Shown here piece by piece: positions 14,298 through 22,639 of a stretch of DNA of 26,300 nt. Below the pieces are notes generated by a model. It was not told the DNA's origin. It ran no database searches and was given only the letters and a program-made list of their open reading frames with translations. Numbering within the stretch: position 1 is the first letter of the stretch; each line of letters opens with the position of its first letter. This stretch comes from a virus (Duplodnaviria > Caudoviricetes), in IMG/VR virus record IMGVR_UViG_3300010043_000070, positions 1 through 26,300 of that record; one strand, given 5' to 3'. Both the position numbers and the translations under genes were made by a program.

Positions 14298-17200
14298 CCT
14301 CCGCGGTGCCGTGCCACAGGCCGCCGAGCAGGCTGCGCCGCCGGTCGTGTGACCAAGGGGTCTGAACCAGCCCATGCGGGTGTTCGAGGTCTTGGTTGTA
14401 GTTGATCAGGAACCGTGCCGAGCGCCCCAACTGCATCGGGAATCCGGTCACCACACCAGCCAGTGCCGCGGTGTCCTCGACGAGCTTTCCCATATTTCGG
14501 TGGCTCAGCGGGTCGCGTTTGTTAAGGTCCCGCGGCGCCTGAAGGATGTTGTGGATCTCCGTGCCCATCAGACCCAAGCTCGGGTCATGGCCACCGAGTA
14601 GCGCATGAGCCACGTCGCGAACCACGGGCACCGACGAGGCCAAGCCACCGCCGACGACCTTGGCCGACCAGGCGCCCCAGGATTCGCGCTCTTGGTTGGT
14701 CAGCGGCGTGACGAGTTCCTCAACGATCGCCGGTGCCAGCACGTATGAGAATAAGAGCATCGAAATCCTTGGCACGTCCTTGGCGGCTTCTTTTAGGTCG
14801 CCGGCGTAGGCCTTCTTCGCCGCATCGGCCGAACGCCATGCGAGCTCATATTGGCGCTGGAAGATGTGGCTGAAGAACCCATACAGCGAGGTGAACCACT
14901 GGCTGAGTCCGCCCCGCCGCATAAGTTCTGGTCGCGAAGACGGGAGCATCGATCCGTGGGCTTGACGAACAACAAGGTCCGCCTGGTCCACCGCAACGCC
15001 GTGGAGCTTATCGTCGGTGATGTCTTTGCCTTCAGCGGCCAGCCGTCGTAGCTCACGGTCATAGGCTGCGAGCCATAGCGGCCGCGCTGACGCCGCGTCG
15101 GACGTTGCTACCATCCACGAGCCGAAATAGGCCATTTGCTGGCGCCATGTTGGTTTTCCCAGTGCCGAGGCGACGCCGCCGCCAAAGGTCTCAGCGTACA
15201 ACGGGTGCCGGCTCCGCATGAACTCGCTGGACTCATCGATGAACCTGTTCACGCTGGCGCCCCGACGCAGGCCCCCGCTGAACATCTGGGACATGGCTTG
15301 CACCATTCGGTGCGGCCCGACCTCGGTTATCGAGTTGATCATCGCCGTCGAGAAGTGCTTCATCACGGTCCCGGGGTTGACTCCGATCAGGCTCGAAACA
15401 AGATTCGTGCGCAGGGTCTCGATGACCTTCGAGGTAAGCGCCCCGTTCAGCGTATCGTGATTCTTCTGGTTGGCCATGTCGTCGAGCCATTGCTTCGACA
15501 TATTGTTCCACCGCTCGCCCCAGGTCCGGATTACCGCGTTCTGGAAGTTATTGCTTCTCAAGGCCTTGCCGGCTTCCTTGATGAATGGGTCCCAGGCAAC
15601 CCGATGGAGCATCTGCGGGATCTGGTTCGTGAAGTTGTTAATGTTGAGATCGACCGGGTAAATTGCTCCAGTGCGTTCTCTGGTGAATTTCCTCGGCACT
15701 GAGGCACGGATGTAGGGGAGTTCCTCCTGCTGGGCTTCTATGGTGTTAGGGGCCCGCCGAAGTGGGTCGGACCAAACGTGGGCATAGCCTCCATCGTAGG
15801 TCTTGTGTGGGGCGCGGATCTGGCGGTTCTGGAGTTCCTCCACGGGCAGGCCATTCTGCGACCGGACCATCTGGTCATCGAGGTCTTTGATCCGTCGGAG
15901 GATCTTGTGCAGCCCGTCGGCGAACTCGAAATGCTCGGGCTTGGCGACCCGAAAGACCTCTGCCTCCAGCGCCCGGCCATAGGCGTCCTGGGCTTCACGG
16001 TCCGTGATCCCAGCCCACAGAGCTTCGCCGCGGTAGAGCTTTTCCCAATTACTGTGGGTGCCCATGTTTATGATAATGCGGACTAGATTGCCGACGTTCA
16101 TGTCCAGCGGCGTGGTGCGATTAACGCCGAGAACCATTGGGATAGAGACCCGGTCTTTCATGCTGAACTTTGGGAGCTTCGCTAACTGCTCGCCGACCTC
16201 ACGGCCGAGCCTTCGTTCGTAGGCCGCGGCGGCTGCGCTGGGTTTGCCAAACGTATTCGTGAACACCCCATTTCGGGTATCGCCGCGGTCGAGGCGCGAA
16301 AGCCAAGCTTCGAATTGCATCAGCTGGGCTAGACCGGACTCAAGGGTGTCTATAGTCTTGCCGAACAGGGTCTTGTTGTAGGGCTGGTCGCGGCGCCCGA
16401 ATGTTTCGAGGAGGTTTATGAAGGCCTGCTCGACGCGGCGCCGGTCGCGCTTCTCGCCCTTGACGATGATGTTGTTTTCGTCCCGGGCGGCGTGCTCCAT
16501 CGATTTGAATGTGTTGTGAACCGCCTCAAACTCCTCGAATGTCAGGTGATCGACGTTCGCCAGAAACTGCGGGTCCCGCAAGAAGTCGGCAACGTACAGG
16601 TGCGGCTGCTCGGTGGCGATTTTGTCTTTGTAGAATGCTTCGAGGTCTGGGCCGCTCACCATCGAATCGAACTGCTTCTGGAGATCCTCCGGACTCCGGT
16701 CGACGAACAGGCCCACCTTGGTCATGATCTGGTGGATGAAGGCCATATAGTCGTGGCCGATCCCGGCCCGCTCCCGGTTGGAATTCTTCTTTGCGGCGGC
16801 ATCAAAGACCTCCCGCATGGATTCGTATTTCTTTGCGAGGTTCGCCAGATGCAGCGCGGCCATGTTTCGCATCCGGGCCTCCAGTGCACCGGCGGCGTTG
16901 CCAGCGAGGAGTTCCCTCTCAAGACCCCGGGCCGCGAACTGAGCGCCGAGCATGAGCCTTTTCGATGAGATCGTCCTAACCGGCATCTTGTCGAACGCGA
17001 CCTGTATGCCGCGCTTGAAGGTTGGGTAATCTTCGAGGTCGACTCCGAGAGACTTGCCGAGGTTTAACACCTGGGCGTGCAGCCGCTCAAGGATCGTGGG
17101 GGAGTACACGAACGATTCCATCTCCCGGACGATGTTTCCTTCGAGCGGGCCGAACTTTTCCTCCATGCGGGCCTCGACCTCGGCCTCGATGGTCCGGCTG

Positions 17201-19158
17201 CGCCACTCATCAGGGCCGATCCCATGTCGGCGCCGGATCTCTTCCATGTGGCGCAGATCGTTGAGCATCGCTTCTGCGGACGGGTAGCCGAAGGCATTGG
17301 CGAGGTCCTCAGGCTTGACGCCTTTGCCGAGTTCCTTAGAGAGAAACTCCTCGGGGATCCCCTTCATCTGCTCGCCGGTCAGATCGTCAGTGTTGATCTT
17401 GTACCTGATTCGCCGGATTGTCCCTTCTCGAATCACGCCCTGGCGTAGGTAGTTGTCCAACGCCACATCGGATCGATCGTCGATTTGCTCCTTGACTTCT
17501 TTGCGGATCTTGAGGGCTTCTTCTTTCCATTCTTTGGTCTGCCGGGCCCGGGCGATTCGCTCTTGCTGGCGACGGAGCCAGGCCTCGTCCTCGGCGTCTT
17601 GCTTGGCGATCTTCTCGTCGTAGGCCTCCCGGGCATCCTTTGGAAGGGTCTCGCGGATGATGTCGTCGATGCCGGTCACAGTCTTCTCGTCAAGGCCGGC
17701 AGCGCGCTTAACGATGTCGAGCACGGCTTCGGCCAGGGTCTGGACGGGCTTCGCAGCCTCAGCCTCCTCGGCCTTTGGAGGCTCCGCCTCTTTGAGCTTC
17801 TCCCCTTGATCGACCGAGATCCCATCCCGCGAATGGATTAGGTGATCGGCAAGCTCGTCCTGAAGCGTCTCGGGAACCCGAGTCACCCATTTGTTCAGCG
17901 GGATCTCGATGCTTGAAACCGTCCCGGGCACGAACCCTTGTACGACCTCTTCGATGTCGCCGAGCTTGCCGTCACCGGGCCGGGGGAATTCGCCCTCCGG
18001 ATAGACAAGGCGCAGGCCATCGGCCGAAAGCGCATGGGTCTTGTCGCCTTCGAGAAGGCTTGCCATTGCCTCAGGCGAGCGCTGGTACGTCGGCCGGGCC
18101 CGGATTTCCGTGACTAAGGTCTTATAATCCTCGGCGCTCTGCTTCGCGTCCTCGGTGTAGGCCTTGTCTGTGGTCTTGTCGGCTCCCGGCGGTGGCTTCT
18201 CGCCGGCCCGGAAGAATGCCGCATGAGCGCCGCCAAGCAGGCCACCAACCAAGCCCGAAGCGATGGCCCGTTCGAGATCAGGCTGATATGTCGCGGCCGG
18301 GTTGTAGAACTCCTTGGCGATGGCCTGGTTGATCGCCTCCTGGCCTTCGCCGACGGCGGTCATGGTCACGGCGCCGATGCCGGCTTTCTTAGCGAGGCCG
18401 GCGGTCCGGCCGATGGCGCCCAAAGGCAGCACCCCAAGGATCGCACCAGTGGCAGCGCCCGCAGCGAATGGGGCACCCCCAGGCTTGCCAGCGGCCTCAG
18501 CGGCCTTAAGCTGCTCCGAGCCGGACACCAAGCCCATGAACGCACCAGCCGTGCCAAGGGCAGCGACTTCTGGCAACAGCGCCGCCGGGGCGATATCGAG
18601 CAGGCCGCCAACCAGCCCGCCGATCCGTGCCGAGATGCTTCGCTGCTCGGCATCGGACATTGGGACCAAGTCCGTCGTGGCCTGCTGGAGCCGGTTGGCG
18701 ATCGCCCTCATCTCGGCCGAGCCGGACAGATACCCAAGGGCGTCAAGGGCGCTGGACCCACCCTCGCCCATGCCACGGGCAACGCCTCGGGCAAGCAGGC
18801 TGTACCATGGACGTTCGGTGGAGGCCAGGTACCGGTCATAGTGCTGGCTCACCTGTGCGAGCCCGCCTATGTCATCGTTGGAGATCTTGGCGTGCATGGG
18901 ATTGGCGCCGAGATACCGCTGCACCCGGGCATCGTTGGCTATGATGTCGTTGTCCAGCGCGGTTTTGTAGGTCCGCTCGAAGGCGCCATCATCGCCGTAG
19001 ATAAACTGAGGCTGGAGGCCGGTTTCGCGGCCGAGCCGTAAGGCCTTCGCCGCCTCGTCCGGGTCGGCCTCTTGGGCGCCTTGGTTGTACATCTGGATGG
19101 CAGCGGTACGACCGCCGAAGGCTTGGCGCCAAAGATTGAGTTCGTCGGGAGTGGCCAT
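14281..19158 (-). CDS. Large internal virion / DNA ejection protein (T7 gp16 position, 1625 aa)
   Basis: Very long Ala/Gly-rich helical ORF with hydrophobic Gly/Ala segments, last in the tailA-tailB-GNAT-internal protein series. Confidence 0.8.
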   Translation of the reverse strand: MATPDELNLWRQAFGGRTAAIQMYNQGAQEADPDEAAKALRLGRETGLQPQFIYGDDGAFERTYKTALDNDIIANDARVQRYLGANPMHAKISNDDIGGLAQVSQHYDRYLASTERPWYSLLARGVARGMGEGGSSALDALGYLSGSAEMRAIANRLQQATTDLVPMSDAEQRSISARIGGLVGGLLDIAPAALLPEVAALGTAGAFMGLVSGSEQLKAAEAAGKPGGAPFAAGAATGAILGVLPLGAIGRTAGLAKKAGIGAVTMTAVGEGQEAINQAIAKEFYNPAATYQPDLERAIASGLVGGLLGGAHAAFFRAGEKPPPGADKTTDKAYTEDAKQSAEDYKTLVTEIRARPTYQRSPEAMASLLEGDKTHALSADGLRLVYPEGEFPRPGDGKLGDIEEVVQGFVPGTVSSIEIPLNKWVTRVPETLQDELADHLIHSRDGISVDQGEKLKEAEPPKAEEAEAAKPVQTLAEAVLDIVKRAAGLDEKTVTGIDDIIRETLPKDAREAYDEKIAKQDAEDEAWLRRQQERIARARQTKEWKEEALKIRKEVKEQIDDRSDVALDNYLRQGVIREGTIRRIRYKINTDDLTGEQMKGIPEEFLSKELGKGVKPEDLANAFGYPSAEAMLNDLRHMEEIRRRHGIGPDEWRSRTIEAEVEARMEEKFGPLEGNIVREMESFVYSPTILERLHAQVLNLGKSLGVDLEDYPTFKRGIQVAFDKMPVRTISSKRLMLGAQFAARGLERELLAGNAAGALEARMRNMAALHLANLAKKYESMREVFDAAAKKNSNRERAGIGHDYMAFIHQIMTKVGLFVDRSPEDLQKQFDSMVSGPDLEAFYKDKIATEQPHLYVADFLRDPQFLANVDHLTFEEFEAVHNTFKSMEHAARDENNIIVKGEKRDRRRVEQAFINLLETFGRRDQPYNKTLFGKTIDTLESGLAQLMQFEAWLSRLDRGDTRNGVFTNTFGKPSAAAAAYERRLGREVGEQLAKLPKFSMKDRVSIPMVLGVNRTTPLDMNVGNLVRIIINMGTHSNWEKLYRGEALWAGITDREAQDAYGRALEAEVFRVAKPEHFEFADGLHKILRRIKDLDDQMVRSQNGLPVEELQNRQIRAPHKTYDGGYAHVWSDPLRRAPNTIEAQQEELPYIRASVPRKFTRERTGAIYPVDLNINNFTNQIPQMLHRVAWDPFIKEAGKALRSNNFQNAVIRTWGERWNNMSKQWLDDMANQKNHDTLNGALTSKVIETLRTNLVSSLIGVNPGTVMKHFSTAMINSITEVGPHRMVQAMSQMFSGGLRRGASVNRFIDESSEFMRSRHPLYAETFGGGVASALGKPTWRQQMAYFGSWMVATSDAASARPLWLAAYDRELRRLAAEGKDITDDKLHGVAVDQADLVVRQAHGSMLPSSRPELMRRGGLSQWFTSLYGFFSHIFQRQYELAWRSADAAKKAYAGDLKEAAKDVPRISMLLFSYVLAPAIVEELVTPLTNQERESWGAWSAKVVGGGLASSVPVVRDVAHALLGGHDPSLGLMGTEIHNILQAPRDLNKRDPLSHRNMGKLVEDTAALAGVVTGFPMQLGRSARFLINYNQDLEHPHGLVQTPWSHDRRRSLLGGLWHGTAEVKHRP

Positions 19159-21665
19159 TATCGGAGTGCCTCCCGTTCACGCTTGATCCGGGCCAGTTCT
19201 CGATCACGATGTACGACGGACCTGATCTTGTCCCTAGCATAAGCTTCCTGGCGATCAAGAAGCTCCAGCCGGGACTGGCGGATCTGTGCTTGCTGTGCGG
19301 CTATGTGCTCGGCCAGCCCAGGCCTCGGAACAGCGGCCGGCCCGCCACCTAATGGTCTCCGCAGGAACTCAGCCCTTTGCCTCTCGCGCTCGGCAGGGCG
19401 CCCAGCAATCTCCTGTTCCTGTGCAGCGACCTCAGCTTCGGAGAGCCTCTGTCCAGGCTGGCGCTCGCCACCAAGGAACGGCGCAGTAGATGCCGGCACA
19501 ATCGCCGGAGTCGGCGGTGCTTCCGGCCCCGGTGCAGGAACCGTCGGCGTGGCTCCCGGCCTAACGGGGATCGGGTACGAAACCGGCGTCGCGAAGGCGT
19601 CTTCGATGGCGGACACTCGGCGCTGGCGCTCGATGTCTTCTTTCTCGAACTGCTGAAGGCGCTTCCGAATCCGCCAAGCATGGACAATCTCGCCCTCAGA
19701 TGGGTGCTCCATACCGAGTTCGTTTCGAAGCTCGGTCTCGATGACTTGTTTCTCGGAATCGGTCGGCATCTGCATATAGAACGGCTCTTTGGAGCTAAAC
19801 AGACTGCTACCAAAGATCCCGGGGATGACCACTTCGCTGCCGATCTGCCGGCCGATCTTCATGAGCGCTTCTCGATCCGGCATGGTTTTGTTCTTCTGGA
19901 TATAGGCCTCGACCCAGACCTCCAGGGATTCCCGGTAGCGCTGCTTGGCATCGGGGTTCAACTGATCTGGGCCGAGCCCAGCATCACGTAGGAACGACAG
20001 TGCCCGGGTAAGCTGAAGCGGCTCGCCTGCCCGCCGTTCGTTTCGAACCTGCCGATCAAGGATGTGGCTCTTGGTGGCATCGGTGAGCTTGCCGTTGTCG
20101 ATGATGTCAGCGAGGCTCACGGCGGAAAGCTCCAAGTCCGACATCCGTCGAAACCGATCGACCTCGTAGGGATCGTTGGTCATAGCGGACTTTCGGGCAA
20201 GAGCCCGCTCGAACCGATCAGCCTCCTGTGGATGCTGGGCGCTGAACTCGTAATACTTGTCCGCAAGCTCGGGGTGCCGGACGAACATTTCCTCAACGTT
20301 CTGCGCCTTGGGCTGGTTATCCTTGGCCTTAGCAGCGTTCCAGAACGAGTTCATGTCCTGTTGTTTTTGCTGGTTGGCCATATGGGCTTTCTGGTTGAAC
20401 TGAGAGGAGATAGCGTTCACGGTCGCGATCTCCTGCCGCGGGTTCTGGCCGTAGTTGTCAACCGAGTATTTCTGCCCGCGGGCCGACCGGCTGGCAAATG
20501 ACTCCGGCATCGGCGGAGCTATTTTGCGGGAGTCGTACGGGTCGATGCTCATCCGGATGCCCTGATCGGTTTTCTCGAAGCTTGCCGTGAGGCCCATGGC
20601 GTCGGCTAGGCTCCGGTACTTCTCGAGCGCATCGTCCTTGTCGGTCACGGCGATGTCGAAGCTGCCGCCCGGACGCATGAACCTTGGGTCGCCGGTCATC
20701 GGCTGTGCCGGCCCCCGCTCGACATGGATGACCTGCTGATCGATCCCGGACAGCCAGCCCTGGCGAACGAGCTCGCCGCCGTTCTTGTCGCCGCGCTCGA
20801 TCATTTCGACCTCTTCGGCCTTGGCCGATGGCGGGTAGCTTGTGCCTTCCATGTGCGACGTGGATCGGTCGGCTATGCCCCGAGCCACCGGCCCGCTCTG
20901 CTTGGCGAAAAGGTAAGCCTGCGCCGGCCCGAAGTCCTTGTCATTCATCGACGGGCCGTACTTGTCCAAGAGCTTGCCGGCCATGTCCCAATCGTGGTTC
21001 GCGATGGCCTTGACGTGGGTGCCCATCAGCTTGCTTTCGTGATCCTCGAACTCGTTCTTTTCCTGCACCGGACTCCAGCCGCGGGCCCGGGCGAGGTCAT
21101 GATAGACACCACGGGATTCCTCTTTGGCGGCATCGAGGGCATCCAAGCTCGTCGCTTGCTGGAGCTTCTTGTCGATTTGGCCCAGATGGGCCTCCGCACT
21201 GCCGATAAAGGCTTCCCGCGTCTGGGTCGCGGTGTGCCCTACGGCATGGGCGTCATAGTACCGAAGGGTGCTAAGGGCTTTGCTGTCAAATGCTCGGCGG
21301 GCAGCGTCGTTGGCCAGACCCGCTCGGTACTGGTCGTAGAGGGCTTTGTTGCCAGCGGTCTGGGCTTTCAGGGTGCCCGAGTTGACATTGTTCCCTAGCT
21401 GAAGTTTGTATTTCTCGTAGCTCTCCCCAATCTTGCCCATGAAATCAGTGGCAGCGTTGTTGGCGTCGGTCTCGTTCCGAAGCTCCTGAAACTGCACGGC
21501 GCGCTGGAAGAGTTCATGGCCCACTCCGGCAAGCTGACCGCCAAAGCCTTCGGTGGCCCGGGCAATGCCTCCACCGAACGCGGCCTCTGGGGTGCTGACG
21601 CCGACCCTGGGCGTAGAGCCGGTCAGGCCGACATCGGGAACGGGATTGTATGGAACCTGGGGCAT
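19158..21665 (-). CDS. Internal virion / ejection protein (T7 gp15 position, 835 aa)
   Basis: MPQVPYNPVPDV...PEAAFGGGIARA N-terminus, helical body, gene order; TAATG coupling to the next gene. Confidence 0.78.
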   Translation of the reverse strand: MPQVPYNPVPDVGLTGSTPRVGVSTPEAAFGGGIARATEGFGGQLAGVGHELFQRAVQFQELRNETDANNAATDFMGKIGESYEKYKLQLGNNVNSGTLKAQTAGNKALYDQYRAGLANDAARRAFDSKALSTLRYYDAHAVGHTATQTREAFIGSAEAHLGQIDKKLQQATSLDALDAAKEESRGVYHDLARARGWSPVQEKNEFEDHESKLMGTHVKAIANHDWDMAGKLLDKYGPSMNDKDFGPAQAYLFAKQSGPVARGIADRSTSHMEGTSYPPSAKAEEVEMIERGDKNGGELVRQGWLSGIDQQVIHVERGPAQPMTGDPRFMRPGGSFDIAVTDKDDALEKYRSLADAMGLTASFEKTDQGIRMSIDPYDSRKIAPPMPESFASRSARGQKYSVDNYGQNPRQEIATVNAISSQFNQKAHMANQQKQQDMNSFWNAAKAKDNQPKAQNVEEMFVRHPELADKYYEFSAQHPQEADRFERALARKSAMTNDPYEVDRFRRMSDLELSAVSLADIIDNGKLTDATKSHILDRQVRNERRAGEPLQLTRALSFLRDAGLGPDQLNPDAKQRYRESLEVWVEAYIQKNKTMPDREALMKIGRQIGSEVVIPGIFGSSLFSSKEPFYMQMPTDSEKQVIETELRNELGMEHPSEGEIVHAWRIRKRLQQFEKEDIERQRRVSAIEDAFATPVSYPIPVRPGATPTVPAPGPEAPPTPAIVPASTAPFLGGERQPGQRLSEAEVAAQEQEIAGRPAERERQRAEFLRRPLGGGPAAVPRPGLAEHIAAQQAQIRQSRLELLDRQEAYARDKIRSVVHRDRELARIKREREALR

Positions 21666-21668
21666 TGG

Positions 21669-22235
21669 CTAGCTCCAAATGCTACTGGTCTCTGTCTGTG
21701 GTTCTATACCAACCCTCTTCGCAGTCATCCACTGACTACCAACGCTGCCGGCGGCGCCGAGCAATGAGCCAGCGGCGCCGATATAGCCGGCGGTCGTTGA
21801 CTCTCGGGCCGCAAACTGGTCGATTGTGGACTGCGCCGTGTCCATAATTCCTTGGACACGGTAGCCATAGGCTTCCTTGGACGCATTGGCCCGGATGATC
21901 GACTGGTCGAAGTCACCGATCCGTTGCTGGGAACCGCGAACAGCCACCGCCGAGCCCCGATTGACATCGATCCCCGAGGCCGCCTGCCCCGCAGTTATCT
22001 GCCCAATTTGCTGGGCGGTCTTCAGCCCGCTCCGAAATGCATCGAGCTCGCCTTTCTGTCGGGCGTAGACCGCATTCTGCTTGGCGATCTGGGCGTTCAT
22101 CTGGGCGATGCCAGCCTGATACTGGTACATCGAAGACTGGGCGCTGCCACCCATGATGTCACCAGCGGCCTTAATAACACCGGCCCCGGCGGTAGCGGCC
22201 ATGCTGGCGGCGGCTATGCTAAATGGATCCATCAT
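21669..22235 (-). CDS. Small internal virion protein (T7 gp14 position, 188 aa)
   Basis: Start MMDPFSIAAAS ATGA-coupled at 22235; Ala/Gly/Gln-rich; AGQAASGIDVNRGS motif; the track's 22550 start is an upstream extension. Confidence 0.8.
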   Translation of the reverse strand: MMDPFSIAAASMAATAGAGVIKAAGDIMGGSAQSSMYQYQAGIAQMNAQIAKQNAVYARQKGELDAFRSGLKTAQQIGQITAGQAASGIDVNRGSAVAVRGSQQRIGDFDQSIIRANASKEAYGYRVQGIMDTAQSTIDQFAARESTTAGYIGAAGSLLGAAGSVGSQWMTAKRVGIEPQTETSSIWS

Positions 22236-22639
22236 TTCCTCGCTATCGTGAATGACACGTACGGCCCCGGCTCCGTACTGAACTTTGCGCCAAGCCATTC
22301 GAGCCAGTTCTTCGTGTCCCGATGCCGAACATCGCAGTCCCCGACGATCACCGGGTACTCTTCGAGCATCTTCTTCATTTCCATCTGCGAGTGCCGGACG
22401 AAGCAGAACTTGTGCTCGCCAACGAGATCGGTCGTGAGCAGCCAGAGGTAGGCCCGCTCCGACAGCAGCGTCGGCGGCACCAGCCCCCACATACACGCCG
22501 GGACAGCGTCGACATAGCCCACCCAGGCCTTCGCAGACATGGATATGCACTTGAACAGAGTGACCGCCTGCTCGCCGGCCACACCAACCTGCTCGGCAAG
22601 CCTAGCGTCGTAAGATCGCAACGGCTCGACGTGGATCAT
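22232..22639 (-). CDS. GNAT-fold / internal virion protein A-like protein (T7 gp13 position, 135 aa)
   Basis: Start MIHVEPLR ATGA-coupled at 22639; PACMWGL...AYLWLLTT...NWLEWLGAKF pattern. Confidence 0.8.
   Translation of the reverse strand: MIHVEPLRSYDARLAEQVGVAGEQAVTLFKCISMSAKAWVGYVDAVPACMWGLVPPTLLSERAYLWLLTTDLVGEHKFCFVRHSQMEMKKMLEEYPVIVGDCDVRHRDTKNWLEWLGAKFSTEPGPYVSFTIARK

Noticed and set aside
13596-21398. Long antisense ORFs (e.g. 13596-14375 -, 18223-19041 +, 19377-19991 +, 20724-21398 +; also 7523-8266 -, 9364-10107 -)
   Set aside because: Expected shadows of GC3-rich genes; no motifs or convincing start signals
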